Positions 61,301-64,000 of a stretch of DNA of 64,000 nucleotides are shown piece by piece. The stretch spans positions 4,962,001 to 5,026,000 of the forward strand of contig OZ076409.1 in the NCBI GenBank assembly GCA_964187785.1. Reading direction: 5' to 3'. A program made the position numbers and the translations under genes. This stretch comes from Amphiscolops sp. MND2022 (lineage: Eukaryota). Each line of letters starts with the position of its first letter. Positions within the stretch are counted from its first letter, which is position 1. A model generated the notes under the pieces. That model was not told where the DNA came from, searched no databases, and saw only the letters and a program-made list of their open reading frames with translations.

Positions 61301-62416
61301 CTTTTGCTATTTTTGAGCCTTGGATATGGCGCCGACTTATGCCGTTCCCGGCTTGTTTATCGTCACTGAGATTTTATTCGAAAGTTTTCAAATGTCTCCA
61401 AAGGCTCTCCTTCAGTTTTTTGATATTTTACTGCAAATTGGACTTTCAAAAAGCCCTAAGGGTCTCGCTTTTACATTGTCGGCATTGTCAGATTTTTTGA
61501 AATGAGATTATTTTTCTTCCTAAAATTGAGAAAAAGGGTACATGTCGAAATTTTCTTACTTAACCCTAATTGACCTGAGCGTTTTTGCAAATTTTTAAAA
61601 ATTCGGAATAAAAATTTTAAATCATATCTCCACAACTACCGGTACCAGAGAAACGAAATATAGGTCTGATATTGGGCTTTCATTTTGGTCAGGTGAGCCC
61701 CTGTCGCCGCGCGCCCCCTCCTTCAGAATTTTAGTTTCTCTTTCCGGTACCGCCGCTTCGTGGGGGCTTGTAGTAACAACAGAACATTGGGATTTAATGC
61801 GTAAGAACTTGTTGTGCAAGTGTATGAGGTTGGTTTTTGCTATGGGTTAAGATTTTTTGAGAAAACTGGATGTCGCCAAAAACTGAAATTTAGAAAAAAA
61901 AAACAATTTTTTTGTGCAAAAAAATTCATTTTTCTCAGTTTTGGAGACATTCACTTTTTCTAATGCTTGTGCCATTCAAATCAATCTAGGTACCAATGAA
62001 CTGCTGAAAAGCAACTGTGTTAGAGATAATGGGCTGCTGGCAAAAGGAATCAGAAATTGAAAAAATGGTAGGCTGCTTTAAAGTACCACTAGGTTAATTA
62101 GGGTTAAATACCTAATGGTTTAAAATTTTTCATTGGTTTTAAAATTTAAAACAGGTGAGTGAAATTTGTAAAGAATGTAACAACAATGTAGTGTTTTGTG
62201 ACAACAGGAGCAGTTCTGAAAGTGATCAAGTTCTCTCCTCGCAACGAGGAAGTGTGTGCTCGTCTGTTTGCTTTCACGAGTCAGTTCAAGAGTGTGGCTG
62301 CATGCAGACTGGAGCCTCTGCAGAAGGCAGACCTGGTGGAGATGACTCAGAAGATGGCCAAGGGAGAGATCACACTCGCCATAGGCGATGGGGCCAACGA
62401 TGTGCCCATGATACAG
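34208..62416 (+). CDS. ATP8A1: P4-type ATPase / phospholipid flippase, ATP8A1/ATP8A2/Drs2-like; spliced gene, 15 exons in this span, 3'-incomplete
   Basis: Exons join in compatible phases into one ORF with [85 protein letters not shown] and [10 protein letters not shown]. The family is certain. The symbol marks the ATP8A clade only, not proven 1:1 orthology. Confidence 0.95.
34830..35465 (+). mobile_element. HINE-like element, full-length exemplar
   Basis: 5' TTAGTCGGCGC..GCCCGACTA stem-loop; central AAAGGGTCCCCC modules; 3' GCGCCGACT followed by AGACG-TTCC-CGTCT and TGTT. Confidence 0.85.
35641..36281. repeat. Foldback element with long imperfect inverted arms
   Basis: ccaaatatct...cagctaggaaagtttcttagaatttta is mirrored by taaaattctaagaaactttcctagctg...agatatttgg. 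Confidence 0.85.
36417..36749 (+). CDS. Flippase exon: N-terminal conserved region, TM1-TM2
   Basis: ttcag|...g|gtaatt; [31 protein letters not shown]...[16 protein letters not shown]. Confidence 0.95.
36958..37280. mobile_element. MITE with CAGAGTTTTGACA TIR (relatives at about 42030-42267, 55873-55975, 63580-63760)
   Basis: TIR plus repeated TCGCTAA motifs; no clear TSD. Confidence 0.7.
37519..37762 (+). CDS. Flippase exon: end of TM2 and A-domain
   Basis: [15 protein letters not shown]...[10 protein letters not shown]...[10 protein letters not shown]; acceptor ttttcgag, donor ag|gtaaaa. Confidence 0.93.
37944..38186. repeat. Palindromic element made of two convergent tRNA-derived heads
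   Basis: Left arm: gcctagtggttagatacccgattttcatccccgaggtcccgggttcgaatcc. The right arm is its diverged reverse complement. Confidence 0.85.
39166..39389 (+). CDS. Flippase exon with the DGET motif
   Basis: tttcag|; NLDGETNLK; g|gtaaga. Confidence 0.95.
39527..39590 (-). pseudogene. tRNA-derived SINE-like head (relative at about 8880-8942; another head at about 43490-43550)
   Basis: Minus strand: cagttggcctagcgattagaacgctggtttccgaagcaggagaacggagttcgaatc. Confidence 0.6.
40021..40240. mobile_element. Tc1/mariner-type MITE
   Basis: TA|CAGTGCCAAAAGTGGGT...ACCCACTTTTGGCACTG|TA. Confidence 0.8.
41089..41620 (+). mobile_element. HINE-like element with B-box (GGTTCGAGTCC)
   Basis: Both termini present. 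Confidence 0.8.
41704..41814 (+). CDS. Flippase exon ([17 protein letters not shown]); 3' end may extend to 41937
   Basis: ttacag| phase 1; matches the P4 I.CE.P......F.G.L pattern; donor a|gtaagt. Confidence 0.85.
43779..44005 (+). CDS. Flippase exon ([29 protein letters not shown])
   Basis: tctag| phase 1; donor |gttagt; conserved A-domain motif. Confidence 0.93.
44438..44494 (+). CDS. Small flippase exon [19 protein letters not shown] (absent from the ORF track)
   Basis: tgttcag| 57 nt |gtaagt; matches the ATP8A NS..APLK.S..E..TN.Q pattern. Confidence 0.92.
44513..45044 (+). mobile_element. HINE-like element
   Basis: Both termini; a closely related inverted copy lies at about 42625-43020. 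Confidence 0.8.
45669..46705 (+). mobile_element. Two HINE-like elements (45669-46140, 46259-46705)
   Basis: Each has both termini. Confidence 0.8.
47302..47451 (+). CDS. Flippase exon TM3 (3' boundary uncertain, probable GC donor)
   Basis: Poly-T cag acceptor; hydrophobic [22 protein letters not shown]; no consensus GT donor before the stop at 47482-47484. Confidence 0.85.
47852..48023. mobile_element. TA-flanked MITE (an interrupted copy lies at about 21639-22016)
   Basis: TA|CATTCAACTCCGCTTATAACGAT...ATCGTTATAAACGGAGTTGAGTG|TA. Confidence 0.85.
48254..48400. repeat. Small inverted-repeat element made of GGGAATAAGATCT units
   Basis: Five forward units, two reverse units, GGAGGGG/CCCCTCC ends. 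Confidence 0.65.
49439..49546 (+). CDS. Flippase exon TM4 with PISL (absent from the ORF track)
   Basis: atctag|[36 protein letters not shown]|gtcagt. Confidence 0.95.
50071..50242 (+). CDS. Flippase exon with the phosphorylation site DKTGT (absent from the ORF track)
   Basis: ttgtag|DPQM...[34 protein letters not shown]...g|gttagt. Confidence 0.97.
51133..51618 (-). mobile_element. HINE-like element
   Basis: AACAAAACGAGAACGTC...GCGCCGACTAA; same subfamily as about 205-570. Confidence 0.8.
51797..51985 (+). CDS. Flippase exon, N-domain (AICNSV...SPDEHALV)
   Basis: gttcag| phase 1, g|gtacag. Confidence 0.93.
52650..52954 (+). CDS. Flippase exon, N-domain ([19 protein letters not shown])
   Basis: tactag| phase 1, |gtatta. 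Confidence 0.95.
53948..54427 (-). mobile_element. HINE-like element
   Basis: Both termini present. Confidence 0.8.
54577..54811 (+). CDS. Flippase exon ([12 protein letters not shown]...WMLTG)
   Basis: ataaag| phase 0, g|gttagt. Confidence 0.93.
54872..55671 (-). mobile_element. Two head-to-tail HINE-like elements (junction at 55370/55371)
   Basis: ...CGCGCCGACT|AACAAGGCGGAAACGTC...GTGCCGACTAA. Confidence 0.75.
56002..56196 (+). CDS. Flippase exon (GDKLETA...GLIFEG)
   Basis: gtttag| phase 1 completes TGDK; g|gtcagt. Confidence 0.93.
56212..61408. repeat. Intronic tandem array, 3 x ~1731 bp (starts 56212, 57946, 59677)
   Basis: Repeated ORFs at offset 1731; each unit starts tcattccctttagtcactc. 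Confidence 0.97.
61564..62103. mobile_element. piggyBac-type non-autonomous element
   Basis: TTAA|CCCTAATTGACCT...AGGTTAATTAGGG|TTAA. Confidence 0.75.
62208..62416 (+). CDS. Flippase exon (CRLEPLQK...[14 protein letters not shown])
   Basis: caacag| phase 1, cag|gtactg. Confidence 0.96.
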
Positions 62417-62709
62417 GTACTGTCTCCTCATATTTAACAATACAATTAAGTGCCCCCATGTGACCTAGCCCGTTTTAAAAAACTGAATGGGGAAAAAGGG
62501 GTTCTGACATTGCTAAATCGCTAATCAGGTAGAACATTTTTTGCTCCCTTCAGCTGATTTAGAACTACAGAATAGAAACAGTTTTTCGCGAAGCGAGGGG
62601 ACAAGACTGACCGGCAGAAAGCGTGCAGTTGCTCATGGATAGAGCCACAAAACTCCGGATACCAATTTTACAGCGGCCTCAGAAAAATCGAACCAAAATC
62701 AAATTGTTT

Positions 62710-63212
62710 TTAGTCGGCGCTTTTATAAATAAAAGAGCCCGACTATTACCGTCACTCGTTTTTTTTCTTTAAGACAGACTCGAAGCGACGAACGTTAAAA
62801 TTAACGTTAAACTACTAAATACAGTACTAAACTACTGGACCGGCAAAGACAAACGGGGAGCGCATTTAGGATAGTGCAAAGGGTCCCCCCTTTCAGTTAC
62901 TCCATTTTTATCGTAAGATACAAAACAGGACGAGACTATAGGGTTTGAGTTTTTTTCGTGTTTTTTTGTCTCCAAACGGTCCCCCCTTGAAGTTTTTTGA
63001 TATTTTACAGCAAATTGAAGTTTCAAAAAGCCCAAAGGGTCTCCCCTTTCAAGTTTTTCGGCACTATGAGACTGGCTCAAAATTCTCATTTTTCGATTTT
63101 TCTTTTTTTTTACAAAAAACCCAAAGGGTCCCCCCCCCCTTTTACAATTTCAAAAAGTTTGAGCTTTTTGAGCCTTAGATATGGCGCCGACTTTAGACGT
63201 TCCCGTCTTGTT
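62710..63212 (+). mobile_element. HINE-like element
   Basis: Both termini; same subfamily as about 38266-38800. Confidence 0.8.
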
Positions 63213-64000
63213 CTAGATTTTACGCCCATCTTTTACGCTATAGAGGTTCTGCCTCCTCCTAGTTAAAGTCAAGTGCCACTGTGGTTGCCTGTTGTTGTAA
63301 AATAAATTGAATGGCAAAGGCGTTGACAGAATATTGATTGGAGATACGTTGGCAATTTGTAAATTTTCTACCAACTCCAAAAACGAGCAACACTTTTTCA
63401 TCGTCGTTTGGGATATAAATTGTCGAGTTTTCACCATGCTTATTGCGGGTATACTGTGGCTGGGTTTCTTTTGCTAGTTATGAATTTTTTAGAAGCTTTC
63501 ATCTGAAGTTGGTTATTATTATATTGAATTGTTCTATAAGTTATTTTGCTTTCAAAGATTTTATCATAGGGAGATGAAAATGCTTGGGTGCGTACCATTG
63601 AATCAGATTTCTGACACCGATTCAAATTAGCGGCAACTAATAGATTGTTCAAATTGAGATTTTCTGCGTATAGACGCAGTTTCAAAATGGATTTCCAAAA
63701 ATTCTAATTCTTCGTCTGTAAAACCCACACAGTATGAAAAATTCTAGTCTTTTGTCTTGCGAAAACTGAATTAAGTTATCTTTTAAATTCACAACAAACT
63801 TCATTTAAGGCTGATTGTCTTTATACAATTTCGCAGTTATGATTTATGGTTCGAAAAGTCACAGATTAAAGTACGTTTTCGACAATTAATGTCATCATCA
63901 GTTCTAAAAAACTATCAAAATCTTTACACTCAAAATAAGTTTCCAAAAAATATAACAGTTTGGGAATAAAGTGATACTGTGAATTATCGAGGCCAGTAAT

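Noticed and set aside
61560..62107. TTAGGG/CCCTAA as interstitial telomere
   Set aside because: Only single units are present, explained by a TTAA TSD plus a CCCT terminal repeat.

Overview
This is eukaryotic, AT-rich, intron-rich DNA (probably an invertebrate animal), not prokaryotic, and most ORFs in the track are spurious. The one clear gene is a plus-strand multi-exon P4-type ATPase (phospholipid flippase, ATP8A/Drs2-like). I traced 15 phase-compatible exons from 34208 to 62416 carrying DGET, PISL, DKTGT, SPDE, KGAD, TGD and GDGAND; the gene runs off the right edge. Two or three more in-phase upstream exons (21337-21538, 24960-25238, possibly 13152-13292) would add a long low-complexity N-terminus. 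The rest is a dense transposon landscape. It is dominated by about 25 or more copies or fragments of a non-autonomous element with DINE-1/Helentron (HINE) architecture, whose ends and TT target without TSD can be read from two empty sites inside the window. Also present: a decayed IS630/Tc1-type DDE transposase, a 5'-truncated CR1/L2-group LINE, many MITEs with readable TA, TTAA, 8-bp or 9-bp TSDs, tRNA-derived heads (including a two-headed palindrome), a ~4.8-kb tandem duplication and a 3 x ~1.73-kb intronic tandem array. Coordinates were counted by hand; repeat boundaries are approximate.
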